NCBI GenBank assembly: GCA_036743375.1
Contig: DAINPP010000001.1
Coordinates: 208,154-272,153 of the forward strand
DNA from: Thermotogota bacterium
Lineage (GTDB): Bacteria > Thermotogota > Thermotogae > MWEM01
DNA length: 64,000 bases
Reading direction: 5' to 3'
Part shown: positions 55,745-64,000 of the stretch, piece after piece
Position numbering within the stretch: position 1 is the stretch's first letter
How the letters are laid out: each line of letters opens with the position of its first letter
Translations under genes and position numbers: made by a program
Notes under the pieces: generated by a model
Told to the model about the DNA's origin: nothing
What the model saw: only the letters and a program-made list of their open reading frames with translations
The model's database searches: none

Positions 55745-56148
55745 TTTAACTCCAATACCTTTTTTGTAATCATAAAATAATCTGCCAGATTGTTTTTGAG
55801 AAAATAAAGATTTGAATCCACATTTTTACAGTCTGATGCCCCAAACCCCGGAACGGCTTCCAAATAATTAGAGATAAACGATGAAATGATCTCTTCATTC
55901 CTATCGGCACTCGGAATAGCCAACGTAGAAATCACCTTCCCCTTTTCGAGAAGATTGTCTATATGCCAGTGTTTCTTATACTCACCTGATTGATAGGAAA
56001 CATGTCTGTTTATTCTTTGCTTTAAATTCTTCATAGCAGAACCGACATAGACGTAAATCCCCTTCTTTATCTCTTTAGGCCTACCTGAAATTGTCATTTC
56101 TATATCCATCGGTAATTCTACAAATAGTAAATAACTGCCGGTATTCAT
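55717..56148 (-). CDS. GIY-YIG nuclease-superfamily protein (DUF123-like)
   Basis: GIYVYVGSA...LKQRINRH fits the GIY-YIG core. Overlaps the ftsW start by 28 nt; begins 2 nt after the glyS stop. Confidence 0.5.
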   Translation of the reverse strand: MNTGSYLLFVELPMDIEMTISGRPKEIKKGIYVYVGSAMKNLKQRINRHVSYQSGEYKKHWHIDNLLEKGKVISTLAIPSADRNEEIISSFISNYLEAVPGFGASDCKNVDSNLYFLKNNLADYFMITKKVLELNCHKDQKTA

Positions 56149-56149
56149 A

Positions 56150-58252
56150 TTAATTCTCTCTTGATACTATAACGATCTCGCTGAGGTTTCCCGTCTTCAT
56201 GAAGAAGTTATCAAGGTTTTTCAAAAAACCCAGCCTTGTTAATTTTAAATCTTCCCTCTCACTCATGACAAACACATTGTCAAAGTAATTATTTATCGTA
56301 GCAGTTAGTTTTTTAACCGTCTCAAACGCCCCTTTATAATCAAAGGAATTGATCTTTTTCAACGCCACCTCTTTTATCTCTACGAATTCAGTCTCAAGAG
56401 TTCTTTCTTCCTCGTTTTCAAACAGCCTTGAATCATAATCACATGAACTATGAGTCTTAGTGATGTTATGGACTCTTTCAAACAGCTTGGCAAGGTCAAA
56501 GAAATCCTCATCCATTTTTATACTCATTAAGGCCTGTGCGGCAAGGTAACTTCGCAAAGGATTTGAATTCAGATGTGAAACGGCGTTTATGACATCATAT
56601 TCGATTCCGTTTTCATTCAGGAAATAATCCACCCTGTTCTTCAGCAGTTCGGCAAAAATTTCCTTCAGTTTTTTGAGCTGCTCCTGACTCAAATTAAAAT
56701 GATAAAGCTGGACAGATTCAGCAAACAGTTCTATCAGATCAAAATCCCATTCTCGATCAATGATGATGTTTAATATCCTTGTAAGTGCCCGTCTCAAGGC
56801 AAACGGATCCTTTGAACCGCTTGGAATGTTCTTGATGAGTAAATTTCCAGCTATCGTATCCAGATTATCCGCTAGGGTAACAATACAACCCACATAGGTT
56901 TCTGGAACCCGATCAGAATACTGCTCTTCAATGGCCTGAGAGACTTCAAAAGGCTCTCCATCAAGTTTTGAATAAATCCTTCCCATAATCCCCTGTAGTT
57001 CGGGGAATTCATAGACCATATGCGTCGTCAAATCATTTTTCATGAGGGCAGCCGCTTTTGATACGAGTTTTTTTGATTCTTCAGTTAAATCCAGTTTATC
57101 GGAGATAGTAATCGCAAGACTCCCGTTTCGATTTACCTTTTCAAGCATATTTCCTAACTTATTCTGGAATCCGATAGATTCAAGCAGCTTATCCCTTTCT
57201 TCAAAGGGAATTTTCATGTCCTCTTTATAGTAAAACAAAGCATCTTCTAATCTCGCCTCAATAACCTTTCTGTATCCTTTTTTCACATTTTCAGAAGCCT
57301 TTCCCTTCTCATCGACGTTATCCTTGAAAGATAGAAACTGATTCATGAGGGTTGATTGTTTTAATACGGGAAAGGTCCTCTGATGATGCTTTAAGGTAGT
57401 AATAAGAACCTCTTTCGGTAATTCAAGATATTTCCGGTTAAAATCACCCACAACAGGCGTTGGAAATTCAGTGAGTGAAGTGACTTCTTCAACGAGCTCA
57501 TTATCAAGCGGTATAATTACCCCATCGATTTCTTCAACAGCTTTTATATCTCGAAGAATTTTATCTTTTCTTTCAGACTGATACGCATAAACACATTTTT
57601 CTTTCATGATTTCAAAGTATTCATCTGCTTTTCCTACACTGATTTCATTATTTTGAATTTTATTATCCGCGGTAAATGAAAGAAATCTGTGTCCTTCAGT
57701 CTTGTTAGTGGCTTTCTTCCCCATAAACTCAAAATCAAGAATATCGGTTCCGATTACAGCAAGCACATTATGAACGGGTCTGACAAACTTATACTGCCCA
57801 TCAGCCCACTTCATCGGTTTTTTAAAGTTCAGCTTATAAAGGAATTCGGGTAATCTCTCTTTTAAAACTTCAGCAGTACTTCTCCCAACAATCTTTCTCT
57901 GTATATAACAATAGTCGACTCCATTCTCCTCTTTCACAATAATATCCCCGACAACGGCATTATTCCCCCTGAGAAAGCCATTCAGCGCCTTAGAAGGAAC
58001 ATTCTCCCCATCAAAGGCAATCTTCTTTGCGGGACCACGTTTCACCTCTTCACCATCATCCTGTTTGTCGGATATGTTTTTCACATGAACTCCAAACCGT
58101 CTCGCCGCATAAAAGAACTCTACCCCGTCATTTTTTATCCGTGTTTGTTCAAGCAGATTCGAAATTCCCTCTTTCATCTGCTTCTGTAAGGATTCAATTT
58201 CTGAAGGTGGAATTTCTTCGATCAGGATTTCCAGAATAAAATCATTGTTCAT
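56150..58252 (-). CDS. glyS: glycine-tRNA ligase beta subunit
   Basis: Aligns with E. coli GlyS blocks: EEIPP, FAARRxG, KRGPAKKIAFDGENVPSKAL, FVRPVHNVLAVIG, GHRF, ADNLDTIAG...KDPFALRRA. Own RBS AAAGGAG plus ATG at 58252, although in frame with the upstream lspA ORF. Confidence 0.8.
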   Translation of the reverse strand: MNNDFILEILIEEIPPSEIESLQKQMKEGISNLLEQTRIKNDGVEFFYAARRFGVHVKNISDKQDDGEEVKRGPAKKIAFDGENVPSKALNGFLRGNNAVVGDIIVKEENGVDYCYIQRKIVGRSTAEVLKERLPEFLYKLNFKKPMKWADGQYKFVRPVHNVLAVIGTDILDFEFMGKKATNKTEGHRFLSFTADNKIQNNEISVGKADEYFEIMKEKCVYAYQSERKDKILRDIKAVEEIDGVIIPLDNELVEEVTSLTEFPTPVVGDFNRKYLELPKEVLITTLKHHQRTFPVLKQSTLMNQFLSFKDNVDEKGKASENVKKGYRKVIEARLEDALFYYKEDMKIPFEERDKLLESIGFQNKLGNMLEKVNRNGSLAITISDKLDLTEESKKLVSKAAALMKNDLTTHMVYEFPELQGIMGRIYSKLDGEPFEVSQAIEEQYSDRVPETYVGCIVTLADNLDTIAGNLLIKNIPSGSKDPFALRRALTRILNIIIDREWDFDLIELFAESVQLYHFNLSQEQLKKLKEIFAELLKNRVDYFLNENGIEYDVINAVSHLNSNPLRSYLAAQALMSIKMDEDFFDLAKLFERVHNITKTHSSCDYDSRLFENEEERTLETEFVEIKEVALKKINSFDYKGAFETVKKLTATINNYFDNVFVMSEREDLKLTRLGFLKNLDNFFMKTGNLSEIVIVSREN

Positions 58253-59245
58253 AATCTCTTGGCTCCTTTCAGCATTTATATTTTTCTTGATATCATTTAC
58301 AATAATCAACCGCATTACTCTTTTCGCATCAGCGGGTACAGAGAATTTCTGAAGTTCTTTTTCATTTTTAAGAAGATATCGTTTTCGCAGACCTTTTTGA
58401 TTCAGGTATATCATCATACTGTCATAATCATAACATGATGAATGTTGATTTAGGGATGATTCAGGGACACCTTCACCTAAAAACGAACGCTGATTAAGTC
58501 CATCATCAGCCTCTTGACCATCATTTTCATAACAATTTTCTACAATTAAAATTGGTTCTCGTTCCGCGTGGTCGTCATTTGAAAAGTAACTTTCATTCAA
58601 CGCATTGGAAATAACGAGATCCGGTGAGGAATCGCCATTCGTCTTCCAGACAATGATCTTATTCATCCCAGCCATTTCAGTAAGCCACTGCATAAACTGC
58701 CTCTGCAGGACATTTATCTTCCGTGTATTTCTGAAATAACCATTATGAAACCTGTTTGCTATCCCACTCGTTATTGAGCGATAATCAGTCCAGTCAATCA
58801 CTTGATAATGTTCGGAATAAAACAGGGTGTGAACCCCAAGAACAACTGCCCCAATGACAACAAACGAATCTGATACGTTAAATACGGCGAAATAATTAAC
58901 GGACAGAAAATCGACAACTGCCCCCTTAAACAGCCTGTCTATCTGATTTCCCAGAGCACCCCCGATAATCGACCCAAAGGAAAAGGCCAACCAGGGTGAT
59001 CTCCTGATAAATTTCAGTGAAATTAAAAAGACGATGAAAATGATTACGAATACCAACGGAACAAGGATGTGAGTAAATCCCTGAAACATTCCGAAAGAAA
59101 TTCCGGTGTTCTTGACATTCGTAATCGCAATGAAATCACCAATAATATTTATCGTCTGATGTGGTTCAAGATATTCGACAATGATTTTTTTTGAAAGCTG
59201 GTCTAGAAATAAAGCCAATACCAACCAGAATGACATTAACGCCAT
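58253..59245 (-). CDS. lspA: lipoprotein signal peptidase (SPase II) domain with about 180-aa C-terminal extension, in frame with glyS and with no stop codon
   Basis: NTGISFGMF and FNVSDSFVVIGAV LspA motifs with 4 TM helices. The ORF continues without a stop into glyS. Starts 3 nt after the prfB stop. Confidence 0.6.
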
Positions 59246-59248
59246 AAA

Positions 59249-60355
59249 TCAGTCCTTTTTCATTTTTGAGAAATAAACCAGTTCCTGTTCTATAAATTCA
59301 TCCAGTTCACCATCCATAACCGCATCGGCATTTCCGGTCTCCGCATTTGTCCTGAGATCTTTCACCATTCTATACGGATGGAAAACATAAGATCTGATCT
59401 GATTTCCCCATGAAACATCGTTCAGTTCACCCTGAATACCCGATGCTTCCGCTTTCTGTTTTGCCAGTTCTATCTGATACAACTTTGCCATAAGAATCTT
59501 CATGGCCGTATCCTTGTTCTGATGCTGATTCCTCTGATTCTGACAGGTAACCACTATATTAGTCGGAAGATGTGTGATACGAACGGCAGATTCCGTTCGG
59601 TTTACATGCTGCCCACCCGCGCCGGATGCCCGATAAACGTCTATCCTCAAGTCATCCGGATTGATGTCGATATTGATACTGTCGTCCAACTCCGGCAAAA
59701 TACTGACTGAAGCAAACGAGGTATGTCTTCTGCTGTTTGAATCAAACGGAGAGATTCTAACCAGTCTGTGAATCCCCTGCTCATGTTTCAGATAGCCATA
59801 GCAGTATTCACCCTTAACCAGTATGGTAACGCTCTTAATACCCGCTTCGTCACCCGGTTGCGATTCGATAATCTCGGTAGAAAAATTCTTTCTTTCCGCC
59901 CACCTTAAGTACATCCTCAGAAGCATCTGCGTCCAGTCCTGCGATTCAGTCCCGCCCGCACCGGCATGTATCGTTAAAAAGGTATTATTAATATCAAAAC
60001 TGTCATTCAACAACATGGACAACTCAAAAGATCTGACTTCGCCCTTTAATTTCGAAAGAAATTCATAGAACTGATCCTCCATTCCTTCATCTTCTTCGGC
60101 GAATTCAAGCGCGACATCTGCATCTCCTATTGTATCATTTATTTTTTTTATTTCTTCCATTTGAGCCCTGATTATTTTTGTGTCCCTTAAAACTTCAGCT
60201 GCACGGTCTTTATCATTCCAGAAATCGCCTCCCGACATCTCATCTTCGAGTTCCTGAAGTTTTATCTTTGCCTCTTTCTCATCAAATACCCTTGAAGTCT
60301 CCTTAAACTTATCCTTCAAGGCATTCATTTCCGCCTTTTTTTCATACGGTATCAT
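59249..60355 (-). CDS. prfB: peptide chain release factor 2
   Basis: SPF tripeptide and GGQHVN motifs. Uninterrupted ORF with no programmed frameshift. Confidence 0.85.
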   Translation of the reverse strand: MIPYEKKAEMNALKDKFKETSRVFDEKEAKIKLQELEDEMSGGDFWNDKDRAAEVLRDTKIIRAQMEEIKKINDTIGDADVALEFAEEDEGMEDQFYEFLSKLKGEVRSFELSMLLNDSFDINNTFLTIHAGAGGTESQDWTQMLLRMYLRWAERKNFSTEIIESQPGDEAGIKSVTILVKGEYCYGYLKHEQGIHRLVRISPFDSNSRRHTSFASVSILPELDDSINIDINPDDLRIDVYRASGAGGQHVNRTESAVRITHLPTNIVVTCQNQRNQHQNKDTAMKILMAKLYQIELAKQKAEASGIQGELNDVSWGNQIRSYVFHPYRMVKDLRTNAETGNADAVMDGELDEFIEQELVYFSKMKKD

Positions 60356-60369
60356 CTTTTCACCTCAAA

Positions 60370-63021
60370 TCATCGTTTTACTTTAAAACGCTTCTTTTTA
60401 TTTGCAGTCTGAGCATCCTGAGTCACCTTTCTTCTCTTCTGTCTGTTAAAAGTATCCATTTCATCGTGCGTATACTGGAGGGAATCAATCTCTTTCTGCG
60501 CTTTCTCCGATGCCTGTTCCGAATTCGTTCTGGCTACTCTCAGCAGCATGGACGCCATATCATCATAAATCAAATCAATCATCTCGTCAAACAACCGGTT
60601 GGCCTCTCGCTTAAACTCCATCTGTGGATCTTTCTGACCATAGGATCTGAGGTTGATTCCCTCTTTTACCCTTTCTATGTTTTCAAGATGTTTACGCCAT
60701 CTTTCATCCACTATTCGTAAGAGGAGAAATTTCTGTAACCCGCTGAAATCCTGCCCCACTTCATCTTTTTTCTCATTATAAAGCCTGTAGATTCTTTCAA
60801 AACAATCCTGTTCCAGTTCATCGGCGGTATTATATTTTTCTATCCTGATAAAATCGGTATCAATCGGGAAAAGCGCCAGTGACTTTTTTAGTCCGTCTAT
60901 ATCCCAGTCACTTCCGTTCGCATGTTCTTTAACCCTTCTGCTTATAACCTCTTCATAAATCTCCTTCAGGTGACTTGAAATATCCTCTTCACCGAGAATC
61001 CAGTCTCGGTGTTCATAAATGGCCTTTCTCTGCGCATCCATTATCGTGTCAAGCTGCAGAAGATACTTTCTCATGGCAAAATGCATCCCTTCCACTTTTT
61101 TCTGAGCCCTTTCTATGAGATTTGTCAGCATGGAATGATGAATCGGTTCGCCCTGTTCGAGTTTTAAGGCATCCATGATACCACCGATACGCTCGCCACC
61201 GAACACACGAACAAGATCGTCTTCTACAGAAAGATAGAACTTTGACGCACCATTATCCCCCTGTCTTCCACTTCGTCCCCTAAGCTGATTATCTATTCTT
61301 CTTGCTTCATGCCGCTCTGTTCCAATGACATAAAGCCCCCCCTTCTCCTTTACCTCATCACTGAGCTTAATATCGGTTCCTCTACCGGCCATGTTGGTAG
61401 CAATCGTGATAGCCCCTTCTTCTCCGGCACGTGCGACGATTTCCGCTTCACGTTCATGATATTTTGCATTCAGCACTTCGTGTTTGAGACCAAGTCTTGT
61501 CAACGACTTACTGATCAGTTCACTCTTTTCTATCGAAGTGGTGCCAACGAGAACCGGTTGGCCCTTTTCATGACTGGCCTTGATCTCTTTGATGATAGCG
61601 GCATATTTTTCTGTTTCCGTACGGTAGATCTCATCATCATGATCTTTTCTTGCAATTGGCATATTGGTAGGAATAACAAGAACATTCATATTGTATATCT
61701 GATCAAATTCCTCTTCTTCAGTCTTGGCAGTACCGGTCATCCCCGCAAGTTTATCATACATCCTGAAGAAATTCTGGAAAGTGATGGTCGCGTATGTCAC
61801 CGATTCTTCTCTGACCTTGACGCCTTCTTTCGCTTCAAGCGCCTGATGAAGTCCGCCACTGAATCTTCTTCCGGGCATAAGCCTCCCCGTGAAAGAATCA
61901 ACGATAACGATTTCCTCACCATCCTGAACGATATAATCCACTTCATTTTTGTACATATGCAATGCTATCAGTGCGTTATTGATATGATAAAGATTATCGA
62001 TATTCACCGGATCATAGAGATTGTCTATACCAAGCAGCTTTTCTGCCCGGGCAATACCTTCATCAGTGAGGTTACAGGTTCGGCTCTTTTCATCGATCTC
62101 ATAATCCTTATCCCCGGTAAATTTCAACGCCATCCTTGCAAACTTGGAATAGGTAATTTGAGTTCCATGACTTGGACCGGAGATGATGAGAGGGGTTCTC
62201 GCCTCATCGATCAGAATACTGTCAACTTCATCTATGATGGCAAAAAAATGTGACGGCTGACTCTTGGCCGCTGTTTCGTAAACCATATTATCTCTGAGAT
62301 AATCGAATCCGAATTCGTTGTTAGTCCCATAGACTATATCCAGTTGATAAACATCTCTCCTTTCTATCTGAGTCAGCTTTGTCTTATAACCTACAACCGC
62401 CTCACCGTTATAATCAGAGGCATTGGGAAGTTCACCGTTAAAATCCTTCGGCCAGACTCTCACATCACTGTTAAAATTTGTTATGGCCTTCTCCTCATCA
62501 TCCCATTCAACCCTGTAAGTGATTCCCTGATTATTAATGACTCCAACGGATAATCCCTGCGAGAGATAAATAGGGGCCATCCACTGCGCATCTCTTCTGG
62601 CAAGGTAGTCATTTACCGTAACCATATGAACCCCTTTTCCATAGAACGCATTAAAGGTTACCGGAAGGGTAGCTACAAGCGTTTTTCCTTCACCGGTCTT
62701 CATCTCAGCTACTTCAGCATTATCAAGGGTAATTGCCCCAATCATCTGAACGTCAAATGGTCTTTGACCAAGTGTTCTCTTGGCAATTTCCCTTGTAATT
62801 GCAAAAGAGATTTCTCGGTTCTGATTATGCCCTGGGAAAGGACCTTTACTGTTTTCCGCCTCTTTTTTCATCTCACTTCGAAGTCTATCTATGTCTGTTT
62901 TCAACTCTGCATTCGTCTTATTTGAATAATCGGCTTCCAACGCATTTATTTTTTTTACAATCTCCCTGTATTTTTTTATTTCTTTTTCATTCTTATCAAA
63001 CATCTTAGAAAAAAAACCCAT
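60370..63021 (-). CDS. secA: preprotein translocase ATPase SecA
   Basis: DEAD-like motor motifs (MKTGEGKTLVATLP, DEVDSILIDEARTPLIISG, GRSGRQGD). No C-terminal zinc finger. Confidence 0.9.
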   Translation of the reverse strand: MGFFSKMFDKNEKEIKKYREIVKKINALEADYSNKTNAELKTDIDRLRSEMKKEAENSKGPFPGHNQNREISFAITREIAKRTLGQRPFDVQMIGAITLDNAEVAEMKTGEGKTLVATLPVTFNAFYGKGVHMVTVNDYLARRDAQWMAPIYLSQGLSVGVINNQGITYRVEWDDEEKAITNFNSDVRVWPKDFNGELPNASDYNGEAVVGYKTKLTQIERRDVYQLDIVYGTNNEFGFDYLRDNMVYETAAKSQPSHFFAIIDEVDSILIDEARTPLIISGPSHGTQITYSKFARMALKFTGDKDYEIDEKSRTCNLTDEGIARAEKLLGIDNLYDPVNIDNLYHINNALIALHMYKNEVDYIVQDGEEIVIVDSFTGRLMPGRRFSGGLHQALEAKEGVKVREESVTYATITFQNFFRMYDKLAGMTGTAKTEEEEFDQIYNMNVLVIPTNMPIARKDHDDEIYRTETEKYAAIIKEIKASHEKGQPVLVGTTSIEKSELISKSLTRLGLKHEVLNAKYHEREAEIVARAGEEGAITIATNMAGRGTDIKLSDEVKEKGGLYVIGTERHEARRIDNQLRGRSGRQGDNGASKFYLSVEDDLVRVFGGERIGGIMDALKLEQGEPIHHSMLTNLIERAQKKVEGMHFAMRKYLLQLDTIMDAQRKAIYEHRDWILGEEDISSHLKEIYEEVISRRVKEHANGSDWDIDGLKKSLALFPIDTDFIRIEKYNTADELEQDCFERIYRLYNEKKDEVGQDFSGLQKFLLLRIVDERWRKHLENIERVKEGINLRSYGQKDPQMEFKREANRLFDEMIDLIYDDMASMLLRVARTNSEQASEKAQKEIDSLQYTHDEMDTFNRQKRRKVTQDAQTANKKKRFKVKR

Positions 63022-63039
63022 TACTCTCAGCTCCTTAAT

Positions 63040-64000
63040 TTAAAAAACCCTGAACAAATCTTTTTTGATTTTATCATCAATATACGAAAAATGGTAAATC
63101 TTAAGCGAAGAAACATCAGGATGATAATTTTGATCGAGTACCTCAGCTGTAAGAAGCATATTTCTTTCAAATTTTGTCATGATATCCGCTATGACCTGAT
63201 TATTCGTATCGATCTTCTGTAGTTCAAAATTTGAAATAATAAAAAATGTATCATAAAGCGAAAGATAATACTCATCGGCAAAAGGTTTGATTTGCTCCTT
63301 CGAATTCAACCCCCATGAGGAAATATATCTTTTCCACTGATCATCTTCCATCAACGCCTTTGAACAGTTGAATCCAAGCATCCACTTCAATTCATCCGAA
63401 AAGAAAAAGGTATAAAGCGTACTCATCTTGAGTAGTTCAAAAACAGAAAGCCATTCATTAATCGATGAATGCACTTCAAAATAATCATAAAAATAATCTT
63501 TCAGATGATTAGCGGAATTAATCTCAAAATAAGTGGGGCTATCAAATTTAAACGGAATATAGATATTATTTAAGAGAAACTGGGAATTTTCTCCGGATTC
63601 GATCAGATTTTGTCTGTCACTGATCATCTCTTTTTTTTCAAAATTCAAAAAGGAATAGGCATTTGTTACTTCTATGTTCTCCTGTCTACTTTCAGAATAG
63701 AAGATAACATCTTTTGAAAATTCATTTCTGTTCAAAATGTGTTGAAACTGCTCTTCAAGATACCTTTCATTTCCTGAAAAGGCGACAAACTCACCAACAG
63801 GTCTCGAGCTTATTTTAAAATCCGATAAAACGTTCATCAATGTCTCAAGACCTTCAAATTGTTCTATGCAGATCACGTTGTTTTCATACACTTGAAAAAA
63901 GCTATTTAAAAAGCCTTCTGAATCGAATAAATAGGATAAAAAATCCTGGAAATCAAAGGAGTTTTCCTCATCGGTGATGATAATAATTCTTGAATTAAAG
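63040..64000 (-). CDS. hypothetical protein, 5' end probably beyond the window
   Basis: The ORF track starts it at GTG 63891, but the frame stays open upstream to the window edge (...FNSRIIIITDEENSFDFQDFLSYLFDSEGFLNSFFQ-VYENN). No recognisable motif. Confidence 0.4.
   Translation of the reverse strand, partial: FNSRIIIITDEENSFDFQDFLSYLFDSEGFLNSFFQVYENNVICIEQFEGLETLMNVLSDFKISSRPVGEFVAFSGNERYLEEQFQHILNRNEFSKDVIFYSESRQENIEVTNAYSFLNFEKKEMISDRQNLIESGENSQFLLNNIYIPFKFDSPTYFEINSANHLKDYFYDYFEVHSSINEWLSVFELLKMSTLYTFFFSDELKWMLGFNCSKALMEDDQWKRYISSWGLNSKEQIKPFADEYYLSLYDTFFIISNFELQKIDTNNQVIADIMTKFERNMLLTAEVLDQNYHPDVSSLKIYHFSYIDDKIKKDLFRVF

Noticed and set aside
60370-60420. SecA C-terminus lacks the Cys-rich zinc-finger (SecB-binding) tail.
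   Set aside because: The C-terminus ends ...KKKRFKVKR with no cysteines. Loss of the zinc finger is common in lineages without SecB, so it was not treated as anomalous.
1-64000. Mobile elements or defence islands of known type: CRISPR repeats, transposase/integrase genes, restriction-modification, toxin-antitoxin pairs, tRNA-adjacent islands.
   Set aside because: No regularly spaced direct repeats, no tRNA/rRNA-like sequences in intergenic regions, and no recognisable transposase, integrase or methyltransferase ORFs were seen. The only nuclease-like small proteins (5849..6523, 55717..56148) sit inside operons without flanking repeats.

Overview
This is an AT-rich (about 35% GC by eye) bacterial chromosomal window. 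It is densely coded, with many stop/start overlaps and several clean rho-independent terminators. The gene content and low GC are compatible with a Thermotogota-like organism, but that is inference only.

Most of the window is housekeeping:
- Cell envelope: murE-murF-mraY, murG, an FtsW/RodA-type (SEDS) protein, an LCP-family protein, lspA.
- DNA repair: an AddB/AddA-type helicase-nuclease pair and a family-4 uracil-DNA glycosylase.
- Translation and secretion: secA-prfB-lspA-glyS, and an EF-G paralog.
- Nucleoside catabolism: deoC, pyrimidine-nucleoside phosphorylase, and a 5'-nucleotidase.
- Transport and other: MFS, MATE, ABC-2 and AI-2E transporters, YhhQ, dihydropteroate synthase (folP), a GH2 glycosidase, ptb and an inositol monophosphatase.

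The stretches that deserve a second look are:
- A translationally coupled pair: a membrane-anchored coiled-coil protein plus a P-loop ATPase (11.7-13.7 kb).
- An orphan MrpC-MrpD antiporter-like pair, divergent from a Zn-ribbon/HTH/DUF2087 regulator with a palindromic candidate operator and convergent with an HD-GYP protein (7.7-11.6 kb).
- One 1031-aa ORF in which a signal peptidase II domain, a 180-aa linker and a complete glyS (with its own RBS and ATG) lie in one frame with no intervening stop (56.1-59.2 kb).
- A 1664-aa secreted PEGA-vWA-beta-propeller giant protein (34.1-39.1 kb).
- A 5-gene envelope operon of mostly uncharacterised proteins around the LCP gene (0.95-6.5 kb).
- A small RBS-equipped ORF with its own terminator, and an ATG-TGT-TAG mini-ORF, in the leader of an ABC-2 exporter (41.6-42.0 kb).

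No rRNA, tRNA, CRISPR array or obvious transposase/integrase was seen.
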